64,000 nucleotides of DNA, taken from the IMG/VR virus record IMGVR_UViG_3300029305_002366, positions 47,318 to 111,317 of that record. One strand, 5' to 3'. Source of the DNA: a virus. Lineage: Duplodnaviria; Caudoviricetes. A program made the translations under genes and the position numbers. The notes below the pieces were generated by a model that saw only the letters and a list, made by a program, of their open reading frames with translations, was not told the origin of the DNA and did not search any database. Positions 33,670 to 42,035 of this stretch are shown here, one piece after another (position 1 is the stretch's first letter; each line of letters begins with the position of its first letter).

Positions 33670-35457
33670 ATGCAGATAGTTAATTATGTAGAGGATAAAA
33701 ATACATCAGAGTTCTATCCTACACCTGAGAATCTTATTCAGATGATGTATTCAAAAGTGAATTGGAATTATGTTAATACAGTTCTTGAACCGTCAGTAGG
33801 TAAGGGAGATATAGTAAGATACCTTAATCGCAAAACTGATGGAAAACTTGATATAGACTGCATAGAGATTGACAACAATCTGAGACAGATATTTCTGTAT
33901 ACTTTTTCTGAGGAAAATTCTAATAGACTGCTTGACGAAAAGAAGAAGATAACAAAGCAGTACAATGACTTTGATTCATGGAGTGAAAATTATAAGTATT
34001 ATAATCAGGAACTTAAACAGTATGTTCCTGTTCCAGAACCAGACAATTCAAGACTGAGAGCGATTGACACAGAGCGCAAGGAAGTAAAGGGAAAAAATGT
34101 TCATCTTGTTCATGATAATTTCCTCACCTTTACAGCATACAAGCAGTACAATGTTATTATTATGAATCCACCATTCAGCAATGGAGATAAGCATTTGTTA
34201 AAAGCATTGGAGATTCAGAAGTATGGAGGACAGATAGTGTGCTTGCTTAATGCGGAGACTATCAGAAATCCCTACACAGAGACACGCAAGGAACTTATCA
34301 AGATACTGAATGAGTATAATGCAAATATAGAATATTATAGCGGAGAATTTAATAACGCAGAACGTCAGACAGATGTAGACGTTGCTATGATTTATGTGAA
34401 TATTCCTATGAGTGTTAATGATAATGATGATTCTATATTCGATAAACTCAAAAAGGAAGAACACTACGAAGAACCCACAGCCGAAGAAGTAACCGCACTG
34501 GATGTTACAGATTATTTAAAGTCAGTTGTTAATAAATACAACATAGAAATCAAATCAGGAATTGAACTTATTAATTCCTTTGAACGAATGAAACCTTATC
34601 TTTCAAACTCTTTTACTGATGAGTATGCCTATCCTATCATACAGCTTGTAGATGGCTATGGAAAAGACAAGATGACTATTAATAAATATGTCAAGGCAGT
34701 TCGATATAAGTATTGGAGAGCATTGTTTTCAAATCCAAAGTTTACTGGAAATCTTACAAGTAAATTACAAGAACAGTACAGGGCGAAAGTAGAGACATTC
34801 TCTGACTATGACTTTTCTGAATTTAATATCAACAATCTTTATACAGAAATGAAAAGCAAGGTAAAGACAGGCATCGAGGATGAGATTGAAAAGATGTTCG
34901 ATAAGATGACTGTTGATTACGCTTGTTCAGACAATTCTAAATATCTTTATAACGCATGGAAAACTAACATTGGTCACAAGATTGGCAAGAAGGTTATTAT
35001 GCCGTTCTATGGTCTTTATGATTCAATCTTTGGTCACTTGGATTTATACAAGTTAAATGAAAGACTTTCTGACATAGAGAGAATATTGAATTACTTTGAC
35101 GGAAATATGACCGCTGACGTAGATATTTACAGCACAGTAAAGGAATACGCAGACAAGGGAATTACAAAGAACATTCCTCTTAAATACTTTACTATCAATC
35201 TGTACTTAAAGGGTAGTGTCCATATAACTTTCAATTGTCCAGAACTGATTCAGAAATACAATATCTATGTAGGAAAGAATCGTGGATGGCTACCTTTTGA
35301 TTTTGGTACAAAGACATACAAGCAGATGAATGAGGAAGAAAAGAAAGTTGTTGATAGCTTCTCAGGCGAAAGAGAGTATGACAAAATAATAGGTAATAGA
35401 AAGTATTATCTTGGTGGAATAAACAACACACAGGCTTTACTAAGCATTAACGCTTAA
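33670..35457 (+). CDS. N6-adenine DNA methyltransferase with DUF4942-like C-terminal region
   Basis: FYPTP, LEPSVGKG, IIMNPPF; C-terminal YFTINLYLKGSVHITF...GWLP. Confidence 0.85.
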   Translation: MQIVNYVEDKNTSEFYPTPENLIQMMYSKVNWNYVNTVLEPSVGKGDIVRYLNRKTDGKLDIDCIEIDNNLRQIFLYTFSEENSNRLLDEKKKITKQYNDFDSWSENYKYYNQELKQYVPVPEPDNSRLRAIDTERKEVKGKNVHLVHDNFLTFTAYKQYNVIIMNPPFSNGDKHLLKALEIQKYGGQIVCLLNAETIRNPYTETRKELIKILNEYNANIEYYSGEFNNAERQTDVDVAMIYVNIPMSVNDNDDSIFDKLKKEEHYEEPTAEEVTALDVTDYLKSVVNKYNIEIKSGIELINSFERMKPYLSNSFTDEYAYPIIQLVDGYGKDKMTINKYVKAVRYKYWRALFSNPKFTGNLTSKLQEQYRAKVETFSDYDFSEFNINNLYTEMKSKVKTGIEDEIEKMFDKMTVDYACSDNSKYLYNAWKTNIGHKIGKKVIMPFYGLYDSIFGHLDLYKLNERLSDIERILNYFDGNMTADVDIYSTVKEYADKGITKNIPLKYFTINLYLKGSVHITFNCPELIQKYNIYVGKNRGWLPFDFGTKTYKQMNEEEKKVVDSFSGEREYDKIIGNRKYYLGGINNTQALLSINA

Positions 35458-35479
35458 AACAATATTAATTAAAGGAGAA

Positions 35480-36028
35480 ATGATTATGAAAAAAGCAACA
35501 ATGATTTTATCAGCCATGCTTGCAATAGGTATGGCAACACCAATGACCACACACGCAAGACAGCATGATATGGGGACACTCCGATATGACGTTAATCTTG
35601 ATGGTAGAGTGGATGGTATTGATGCTTCAATGGTACTTACTGAATATGCGAGTATTTCAGTTGGGAATGAACGCTCGTTCACATCAACACAGCGTTGGCT
35701 TGCAGACACAAATTATGATGGAATGGTTACTGCCGTAGATGCAAGTAATATCCTTACACGATACGCTTATAACAGTTCACACGAAAAGCAGATGCCAGTT
35801 GTGACATTGACATTTAATGCGTACTGCATCCCAAAGGGAGAAGTGGGGACGGAAATAAAGCCCATGAACTATGAAGCGTATAACATTGAGGACGTATATC
35901 ATTTCATCGAATGTTCAAGAGACAGCTATCCAGAAACGGCAAAGTTCGTAATATCTATCAATGAAACTATTTGGGATAAGCCTATAACTCAGAGTGATAT
36001 ACTGTGTGATATGGAAGATTCGTATTAA
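35480..36028 (+). CDS. secreted dockerin-domain protein
   Basis: Sec signal peptide MKKATMILSAMLAIGMATPMTTHA; two dockerin repeats DVNLDGRVDGIDASMVL and DTNYDGMVTAVDASNIL. Confidence 0.9.
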   Translation: MIMKKATMILSAMLAIGMATPMTTHARQHDMGTLRYDVNLDGRVDGIDASMVLTEYASISVGNERSFTSTQRWLADTNYDGMVTAVDASNILTRYAYNSSHEKQMPVVTLTFNAYCIPKGEVGTEIKPMNYEAYNIEDVYHFIECSRDSYPETAKFVISINETIWDKPITQSDILCDMEDSY

Positions 36029-36038
36029 AAAAAATAAA

Positions 36039-36061
36039 TCCCTCAGTCATTTGACTGAGGG
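36039..36061. terminator. hairpin between convergent genes
   Basis: CCCTCAGTCA-TT-TGACTGAGGG preceded by an A-run. Confidence 0.6.
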
Positions 36062-36069
36062 TAAGACAA

Positions 36070-36285
36070 TTATTCTTTTTCTTTTATCCCACTTATATCT
36101 ATATTATTTTCAATAATATATTTGACAGCAGTATTAAAGAAAGATGATGAAGATGTAAAGTTGTGTTCACTCATATACTTTTCGATTGTCGGAACGTATT
36201 CAAGTCTTGTATTAATAGCATAACGCTTATACGTTTTAGCAATGTATTTTTTGTCTGCTCTTTTCTGTGCTTCACTTCTCGGCAT
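36070..36285 (-). CDS. small Arc/RHH-like regulator
   Basis: SEAQKRADKKYIAKTYKRYAI pattern; divergent from the recombinase gene. Confidence 0.65.
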   Translation of the reverse strand: MPRSEAQKRADKKYIAKTYKRYAINTRLEYVPTIEKYMSEHNFTSSSSFFNTAVKYIIENNIDISGIKEKE

Positions 36286-36320
36286 ACAATCACCCCTTTG
36301 TAGAAAATAAACAAATACAT

Positions 36321-36447
36321 ATCATAGAACATGATAAAATTTGTGTCTATAAACACTTGACAATTATCGTGTTCTATGATATAATCTAAACATAGAAACG
36401 ATAAGTTTTATCGTTTTTATTATAACACGAATAACCCATAAAGTCAA
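36321..36447. promoter_or_regulatory. face-to-face sigmaA promoters with repeated operator
   Basis: plus TTGACA(36357)-17-TATAAT; minus TTGACT(36447)-17-TATAAT; ATCATAGAACAYGATAA inverted pair at 36321 and 36364. Confidence 0.75.
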
Positions 36448-36463
36448 TAGACAGGAGGATAAT

Positions 36464-37426
36464 ATGATACATAAATTAAAAGAAAACGAATGTCAGATAA
36501 TTGACATATCAGACCGATTAGGTAATGATGATATTGATTTCGATGACCTTGTTCCCGATGTAAACATACAGGACGGAGACTATCAGAGAATCAAGGAACT
36601 TGAAAAGCGTAGGGCTGAAAAGATAGGCATGGATTCGCTACCAGAAGAAGTGTTTAATCAGGTACTTGAAACCTGTTTCAAACAAGGTGGTTATAAAGGA
36701 TTCAGAGATGCATTATTCTTTGTAACACAGGCAAACTGGGGAGTAAGATGCTCCGATGCAAGAATAATCAAGAGGATAGATTTTTTAAATGAGTATAACA
36801 AGTTCCGTGAAAGCTGTTTATTCTCAGAATTGAAAACAGGAAAGCCACGTACTATGTATATCAATGATGCTATAAAGATGTGTGTACTTATGGTAACATG
36901 GAGTGGTGATTTTTCTCCGCTTGATTGGCTCATTATCTCTGACGGTGGATATAAAAACTATCGCAAACTTAAAGACCCTAAGACTGGTAAACCTTTAAAA
37001 ATTAATGGTGACTTCCAGTATGAACTTGATGAGAACGGAAATAAAATTCTTGACCCATTAAGCTATTCAAGAATCTATAATCTTATGTCAAAAAAGTTAG
37101 TAGATGATTTGGGTATACAGCTTAAAGGTAGAGAAAACTGCACAGATGGTAAAGTAAGATACGCTACTCATTCATTGAGAAAATTATATTCTAATAAAGT
37201 TGAACAGCTTTTCCAAGAGATGTATGGCGATATGGGACAGGCTCACACAGCGGCTATGCAGTTCTTGAACTGGGATTTAAACCACAGCAATCTTGTTACA
37301 ACAAGTCGTTATTGTGGGGATTTTGAAAGTATTAAAAAGAATATAGATATGAATATGAATCTTGGTCTTAATGTTATAAAGAAATATTTTGAGGTAGAAA
37401 AGGAAAAGTATGTTAAAAGGTTATAA
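36464..37426 (+). CDS. tyrosine recombinase/integrase family protein
   Basis: GVRCSD (R), ELKTGK (K), THSLRK (HxxR), LNHS (H), TSRY (Y). Confidence 0.85.
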   Translation: MIHKLKENECQIIDISDRLGNDDIDFDDLVPDVNIQDGDYQRIKELEKRRAEKIGMDSLPEEVFNQVLETCFKQGGYKGFRDALFFVTQANWGVRCSDARIIKRIDFLNEYNKFRESCLFSELKTGKPRTMYINDAIKMCVLMVTWSGDFSPLDWLIISDGGYKNYRKLKDPKTGKPLKINGDFQYELDENGNKILDPLSYSRIYNLMSKKLVDDLGIQLKGRENCTDGKVRYATHSLRKLYSNKVEQLFQEMYGDMGQAHTAAMQFLNWDLNHSNLVTTSRYCGDFESIKKNIDMNMNLGLNVIKKYFEVEKEKYVKRL

Positions 37427-38522
37427 ATTCAGACTTTATCCAGATAAAGAACAAGAGTTACTTATACAGAAAACTTTTGGATGTGTACGATTTGTGTATA
37501 ATCAATGTTTAGCATATAAAATAAATAAGTACAAAACAGAAGAAATAACTTTGTCTAAAATTGATGTCAATAATTACAAAAATCGCACACTCAAATCTGA
37601 GTACGAATGGTTAAAAGAAGTAGATAAATTTGCTTTAGATAATGCTGTTATTAATCTCGATTCGGCATATCAAAAGTTCTTTAGGGAACACAAAGGATTC
37701 CCGAAGTTTAAGTCTAAGAAAAATAATCGCAAGTCTTATAAAACAAATTGTAATTATATTGGCAGACCTACAATAGAAGTTAATTTTGATAATCGCAAAA
37801 TAAAACTTCCTAAACTCAAATGGGTTAAAGTAAGAGGAATCAGAAAGTTTGACGGTAAAATCAAATCAGCTACAATAAGTCAAACTCCAAGTGGTAAATA
37901 TTATTGTTCTGTTTTAGTAGAGCAAGAGAACCACGAACCGTTTACAAGGACTGATTGCAATGTAGGCATTGACCTCGGTATTAAAGATTTTGCTATCACA
38001 TCAAATGGAGATAAAATATCAAGTCCCAAGTATCTTGCCAAATCAGAAAAGAAACTTGTTATGTTACAAAGACAGCTATCCCGAAAGTCAAAGGGTAGTA
38101 ACAATTGGGACAAAGCAAGAATCAGATTAGCAAGAGCATGGGACAAGATAACTAATCAGCGAACAGACTTCTTACAAAAACTCTCTACTGAATTAATTCG
38201 TAGATATGATGTAATCTGTTTAGAGGATTTGAACGTATCAGGCATGGTTAAAAATCATTGCCTTGCAAAGTCCATATCAGATTGTTCATGGTCTGAGTTT
38301 GTAAGGATGTTGCAGTATAAAGCTGATTGGTATGGTAGGACTATTTCAAAGATAGATAGGTTTTGTCCAAGTAGTCAAACGTGTAGTTGTTGTGGTTGTA
38401 TAAATCCTGAGACTAAGGATTTATCTGTAAGAGAATGGACTTGTCCTGAGTGCGGTGCAAAACATGATAGGGATATTAATGCGGCTAAGAATATTCTTAA
38501 ACAAGGATTATTAGCAGTCTAA
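37410..38522 (+). CDS. tnpB: TnpB RNA-guided endonuclease (IS200/IS605 family)
   Basis: HTH_OrfB N-terminus YKFRLYP; RuvC D (GIDLG), E (LEDL), D (DRDINAA); CSCC/CPEC zinc finger. Confidence 0.95.
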   Translation: MLKGYKFRLYPDKEQELLIQKTFGCVRFVYNQCLAYKINKYKTEEITLSKIDVNNYKNRTLKSEYEWLKEVDKFALDNAVINLDSAYQKFFREHKGFPKFKSKKNNRKSYKTNCNYIGRPTIEVNFDNRKIKLPKLKWVKVRGIRKFDGKIKSATISQTPSGKYYCSVLVEQENHEPFTRTDCNVGIDLGIKDFAITSNGDKISSPKYLAKSEKKLVMLQRQLSRKSKGSNNWDKARIRLARAWDKITNQRTDFLQKLSTELIRRYDVICLEDLNVSGMVKNHCLAKSISDCSWSEFVRMLQYKADWYGRTISKIDRFCPSSQTCSCCGCINPETKDLSVREWTCPECGAKHDRDINAAKNILKQGLLAV

Positions 38523-38650
38523 TAAACAATTAGTACGGTAGGAATTATCGGAATTTACGCTTGTGGAGTTAGTAGGTTGCGAGGACGTTGAAGCAAGAAA
38601 GAAGTCTTATTACAAGACAAATGGTTCAATCTCGGATATGATGTTATAAA
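38523..38650 (+). ncRNA. putative TnpB omega RNA 3' part and guide
   Basis: typical downstream pattern ACGCTTGTGGAG...GAAGCAAGAA...TTCAA (right-end at 38629), guide from 38630. Confidence 0.7.
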
Positions 38651-38765
38651 AAAGTATTATAACATTGAAAGAGAAAAATATTTACGTTCACATTCTAAAC
38701 ACTAAATGCACACAGAATGATTATAATTACCATTAAATTATAACATAATTTCCATCAATCTGCTA

Positions 38766-38794
38766 TTGACAAATAAGAACATCTGTTCTATAAT
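38766..38794 (+). promoter_or_regulatory. sigmaA promoter containing a Firmicute LexA (SOS/Cheo) box
   Basis: TTGACA-17-TATAAT with GAACATCTGTTC at 38777-38788. Confidence 0.8.
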
Positions 38795-38812
38795 TAAACA
38801 TAAGGAGGATAT

Positions 38813-39163
38813 ATGAGTTTAATAAGTAGAGGAAGTATTTATATGGCAAGACTACCCATCCTTGACGAACACAGTTCCGTACAAGGTGGACTCAGACCAG
38901 TATTAATTATTCAGAATGATATTGGTAATGCACACGCACCAACGGTACAGGTAATACCATTGACTTCAAAGAATAAAAAAACATTACCAATACATACGAC
39001 CATCAAAAGCGGAGGACTTCTTAAAGAATCCACAGCTTTAGCAGAACAAATACAAACGGTCAACAAAACGATACTTCGCCAGTATATAGGTAAGGTAGAC
39101 GATGAGACTATGAATAGAGTTAATGCTTGTATTATGATTCAGCTTGGTCTTATTAAAAATTAA
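38813..39163 (+). CDS. mazF: PemK/MazF family endoribonuclease toxin
   Basis: RGSIYMA...SVQGGLRPVLIIQNDIGN..PTVQVIPLTS...LAEQIQTV. Confidence 0.9.
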   Translation: MSLISRGSIYMARLPILDEHSSVQGGLRPVLIIQNDIGNAHAPTVQVIPLTSKNKKTLPIHTTIKSGGLLKESTALAEQIQTVNKTILRQYIGKVDDETMNRVNACIMIQLGLIKN

Positions 39164-39176
39164 GGAGGAAAAGAAA

Positions 39177-39530
39177 ATGGAAATTGTATCTTTACTTGGA
39201 GCGATTCTTGACAGGATGGCTTTTGAACAAGATGTTGACTGGGACTATGATTGTGATTCTATAAACATAATAGTCAAGGCAACATCTGAGATAAAAGACT
39301 ATGCGGAATCGCTCATTGACGAATGTACTGATAGCATTAATATAAATCGTAATCAGTACGATTATATAACAATGACATTAAAGAACAATCGAATAAATAA
39401 AGTATGTTATGGCAATGAAGAACATGACGTAAGAGATGATATTGACAGATATGTAAACGATTGGGATTTAGAAGATATCTATTCAGCAATGTGTAGAAAA
39501 ATAATGAATCTTTTGTATACACAAAATTAA
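39177..39530 (+). CDS. hypothetical acidic protein downstream of mazF
   Basis: AAGGAGG RBS, co-transcribed with mazF. Confidence 0.65.
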   Translation: MEIVSLLGAILDRMAFEQDVDWDYDCDSINIIVKATSEIKDYAESLIDECTDSININRNQYDYITMTLKNNRINKVCYGNEEHDVRDDIDRYVNDWDLEDIYSAMCRKIMNLLYTQN

Positions 39531-39598
39531 AATCTCTTGACATAGTGTGGATGCTTTGCTATAATTATACTGTACAATTATATCTTAGGAGGTATATT

Positions 39599-40648
39599 AT
39601 GGTATATTTAATAGATGAATATTATAAGCAACATCCAGAACGTGAGAATTTAATCAGACCTGTTTTTGATAAGTTTATAAGCGCAGAAAAGTATCTGCAC
39701 GAAATGTCATTAGATGAACTTAATGAGATAGTAAAAGATTGGGTACAAAAACCTAACACTATCGAAGCAAGAAGGGGAGCATTATCTTTATATCTTTATT
39801 GGCTTAAAGAGCAAGGAATAAATGCAAACCCTGACATAGCAAAGGGGATAGTTTTTTCTGAAAGAGAAAATCAATTTTTAATATACTCTACCGATGATAT
39901 TCATAGTATATGGAAAGACTTTGTTAGAGATATTGACATTACTGCTGAGAAGAAAGGAAAGGTATCAAGCACAGAACCTTTACTTGTATGTTATGTAGCA
40001 GGTATACTTGGATTCTATGGCATGACTAAACAACAGATTATGTCATTACAGCTTAGTGATGTTCAGAATGATGGTATTGTAGGGTATGATTTACCTTTGA
40101 CTTCAAAAGACAAAGAGGTATTACTTAAATATAAAGACCTTGATACACTTGCAAACAGACAGCCATTATTAGGAACAGGATATATTCGTTCATCAAGAAC
40201 AGAACATCCAAACGAACTTATATTAGATAAGGCACTTGGCAAGGTAGATTGTTCGCAAGAATCAAAACCACTCATGAGCCTGTTGACTTATTCAAGTTTG
40301 TATAAACTTGGACTTATGGGGAGAGTTTACGAATATGAAAAGACCCATAGACCAACTGTCGATAATGGCTTTACTATCCCCGACTGGTTTAAGGATATGA
40401 TAAATGAAAGCATGGGTAAAGTGGTAACATTAAGAACGATATCACAGTACAAACAGAACTACATTGCGTACCGTACAGAAAGAAACGCATATAAGAATGT
40501 GTTGAATAACAAGGTAAAGTACGCAAATTCTCAGAATGTAAATGATATTATTGTCAAACTTGATTCTATTATCAATTCTATCTCAGATGTAAAAATTCAA
40601 AATGAATTAAAGAATGTTCAGAATCAGATAAGAGAATTAGTTAAATGA
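39599..40648 (+). CDS. degenerate tyrosine-recombinase-fold protein, candidate YopR/MrpR-like repressor
   Basis: LGFYGMTKQQIMSLQLSDV resembles integrase box I without the catalytic Arg; own promoter at 39537-39565. Confidence 0.5.
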   Translation: MVYLIDEYYKQHPERENLIRPVFDKFISAEKYLHEMSLDELNEIVKDWVQKPNTIEARRGALSLYLYWLKEQGINANPDIAKGIVFSERENQFLIYSTDDIHSIWKDFVRDIDITAEKKGKVSSTEPLLVCYVAGILGFYGMTKQQIMSLQLSDVQNDGIVGYDLPLTSKDKEVLLKYKDLDTLANRQPLLGTGYIRSSRTEHPNELILDKALGKVDCSQESKPLMSLLTYSSLYKLGLMGRVYEYEKTHRPTVDNGFTIPDWFKDMINESMGKVVTLRTISQYKQNYIAYRTERNAYKNVLNNKVKYANSQNVNDIIVKLDSIINSISDVKIQNELKNVQNQIRELVK

Positions 40649-40669
40649 AAAAAATATATAATTTACCCC

Positions 40670-40698
40670 TTGACAAATAAGAAATAGTGTGCTATAAT
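40670..40698 (+). promoter_or_regulatory. sigmaA promoter of the tRNA/ncRNA cluster
   Basis: TTGACA-17-TATAAT followed by leader hairpin and operator-like motif. Confidence 0.85.
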
Positions 40699-40769
40699 AA
40701 TATACAGAGAGAGGGAAATAAAAAACCTAATCTCTGTATATTAAATAGTACAAAGAGTAAAATGTATAA

Positions 40770-40845
40770 TGTGGATTCGCCAAGCGGTGAAGGCACAGGA
40801 CTTTGACTCCTGCATACGTGAGTTCAAATCTCACATCCACAACCA
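40770..40845 (+). tRNA. tRNA-Gln(TTG)
   Basis: acceptor TGTGGAT/ATCCACA, anticodon arm CAGGA-CTTTGAC-TCCTG, T-loop GTTCAAATC, CCA. Confidence 0.92.
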
Positions 40846-41125
40846 ATGGGACAATTATGTGTTAAGAGAACCGTGTCTACTTCATCTCTCCAATAAATAA
40901 GAAGATGTGAAAGATTTACTTTCAAAAAAGGTAACGGTGTAGATAGACCTTCTTGCCAAAGGCTATTGAAATTCGGAATGGTAATTGACTATACTTGTCA
41001 GTGGAGTGGTCAATGATGTGATTCGCTGAAATGCGGATAGGATAGTGAACTGTAGGAACTGCGGATATGTGATAGATGGAGTTCGCAAGTGCTGTTTGGT
41101 TGGTGGTTTTGAACAGCATATTACT

Positions 41126-41199
41126 GGGAATATAGTTTAATGGTAAAACAAGTCCCTTTTAAGGATTAGTTGAGAGTTCGATTCTCTCTGTTCCCACCA
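41126..41199 (+). tRNA. tRNA-Lys(TTT)
   Basis: acceptor GGGAATA/TGTTCCC, AGTCC-CTTTTAA-GGATT, GTTCGATTC, CCA. Confidence 0.88.
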
Positions 41200-41339
41200 A
41201 TTAGATTGGGTACACAATAGCAGTCAAGCTGTTAGGGACAGTTGTGTAGTCCCCTCCAATCTAACACCAATAACCAGATGCATTTGTAACACCTCCTTTC
41301 TGCCTTGCGGTAGGGGCTAATCTACCGCATAATACATAT

Positions 41340-41454
41340 GACAGTATAGTTCAATGGTAGAACAGGTTTAAATTCTATCTTGTATAAGATAGTAACAGCA
41401 ATTATTCTGCGTACCAAGCACCTGACATGAGTTCGATTCTCATTACTGTCACTA
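41340..41454 (+). ncRNA. tRNA-like RNA with enlarged anticodon domain
   Basis: acceptor GACAGTA/TACTGTC, D-arm GTTC-AATGGTA-GAAC, T-arm ATGAG-TTCGATT-CTCAT, about 50 nt in place of the anticodon loop. Confidence 0.7.
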
Positions 41455-41458
41455 TTAT

Positions 41459-41647
41459 ATGAGAGCCTTGTCAGTTATAGGTAAGCCTGTCGATGAGGAA
41501 GATAGGTGAAATAAACTATGGGTCATTAAACTCAAAATGGCTTCTGTATTATGGTGAACGTAATGCGGAAAGATTGCGTTCCTGATTCTTGCAAGTCGAT
41601 ACAGTTTAAACATAGTTTCGGTGGTGCAACTCCACCCTCTCATACCA
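41459..41647 (+). ncRNA. long tRNA-like RNA (acceptor stem + T-arm + CCA enclosing about 155 nt)
   Basis: ATGAGAG/CTCTCAT-A-CCA; GGTGG-TGCAACT-CCACC T-arm-like hairpin. Confidence 0.6.
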
Positions 41648-41778
41648 ATATCTTCACTTATTATGCTTGTCATAGTAAGACACCTCCTAAGATGCCCTGA
41701 TTGTCAGGGCAAGCAATCTTCACACGTTCTGACATAACGTGTTCCTCCATATAGCCCTACTTGGTAGGGCATACATAA

Positions 41779-41861
41779 GTCCTCTTGATGGAATTGGTAG
41801 ACATGGCTGATTCAAAATCAGTTGCGAAAGCGTATGAGTTCGACTCTCATAGAGGACACCA
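41779..41861 (+). tRNA. tRNA-Leu(CAA)
   Basis: GTCCTCT/AGAGGAC, GCTGA-TTCAAAA-TCAGT, variable arm, CCA. Confidence 0.92.
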
Positions 41862-42035
41862 ATAGGAATATCGCTTTTCCTTTAAGAAAGATGGGATGAC
41901 ACCAACGTTGCAACATTTTTGGTGTGTAAATCGTTCCCTACTTTAAGCGGTGGTGTTAATGGATTCCAAGAGCAATATCCATATCGTATACGCAAGATAT
42001 TGGGGACTTGACTTGTAAAAAGAAGTCTCATTAAT

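Noticed and set aside
37410-38629. TnpB as Cas12f/CRISPR effector, IStron or complete IS605
   Set aside because: No CRISPR array, no group I intron sequence, and no tnpA or separate left end were seen.
36464-40648. Arbitrium (AimR/AimP) system
   Set aside because: No TPR-type receptor or short secreted pro-peptide gene was recognised near the regulatory module in this window.
41459-41647. Canonical tmRNA
   Set aside because: Too short, lacks the GGGG start and G3-U70 pair, and no convincing tag reading frame.
41455-41673. 72-aa minus-strand ORF with a good RBS
   Set aside because: It runs antisense through a tRNA-like RNA in a plus-strand RNA operon; better explained as an antisense mimic, though not excluded.
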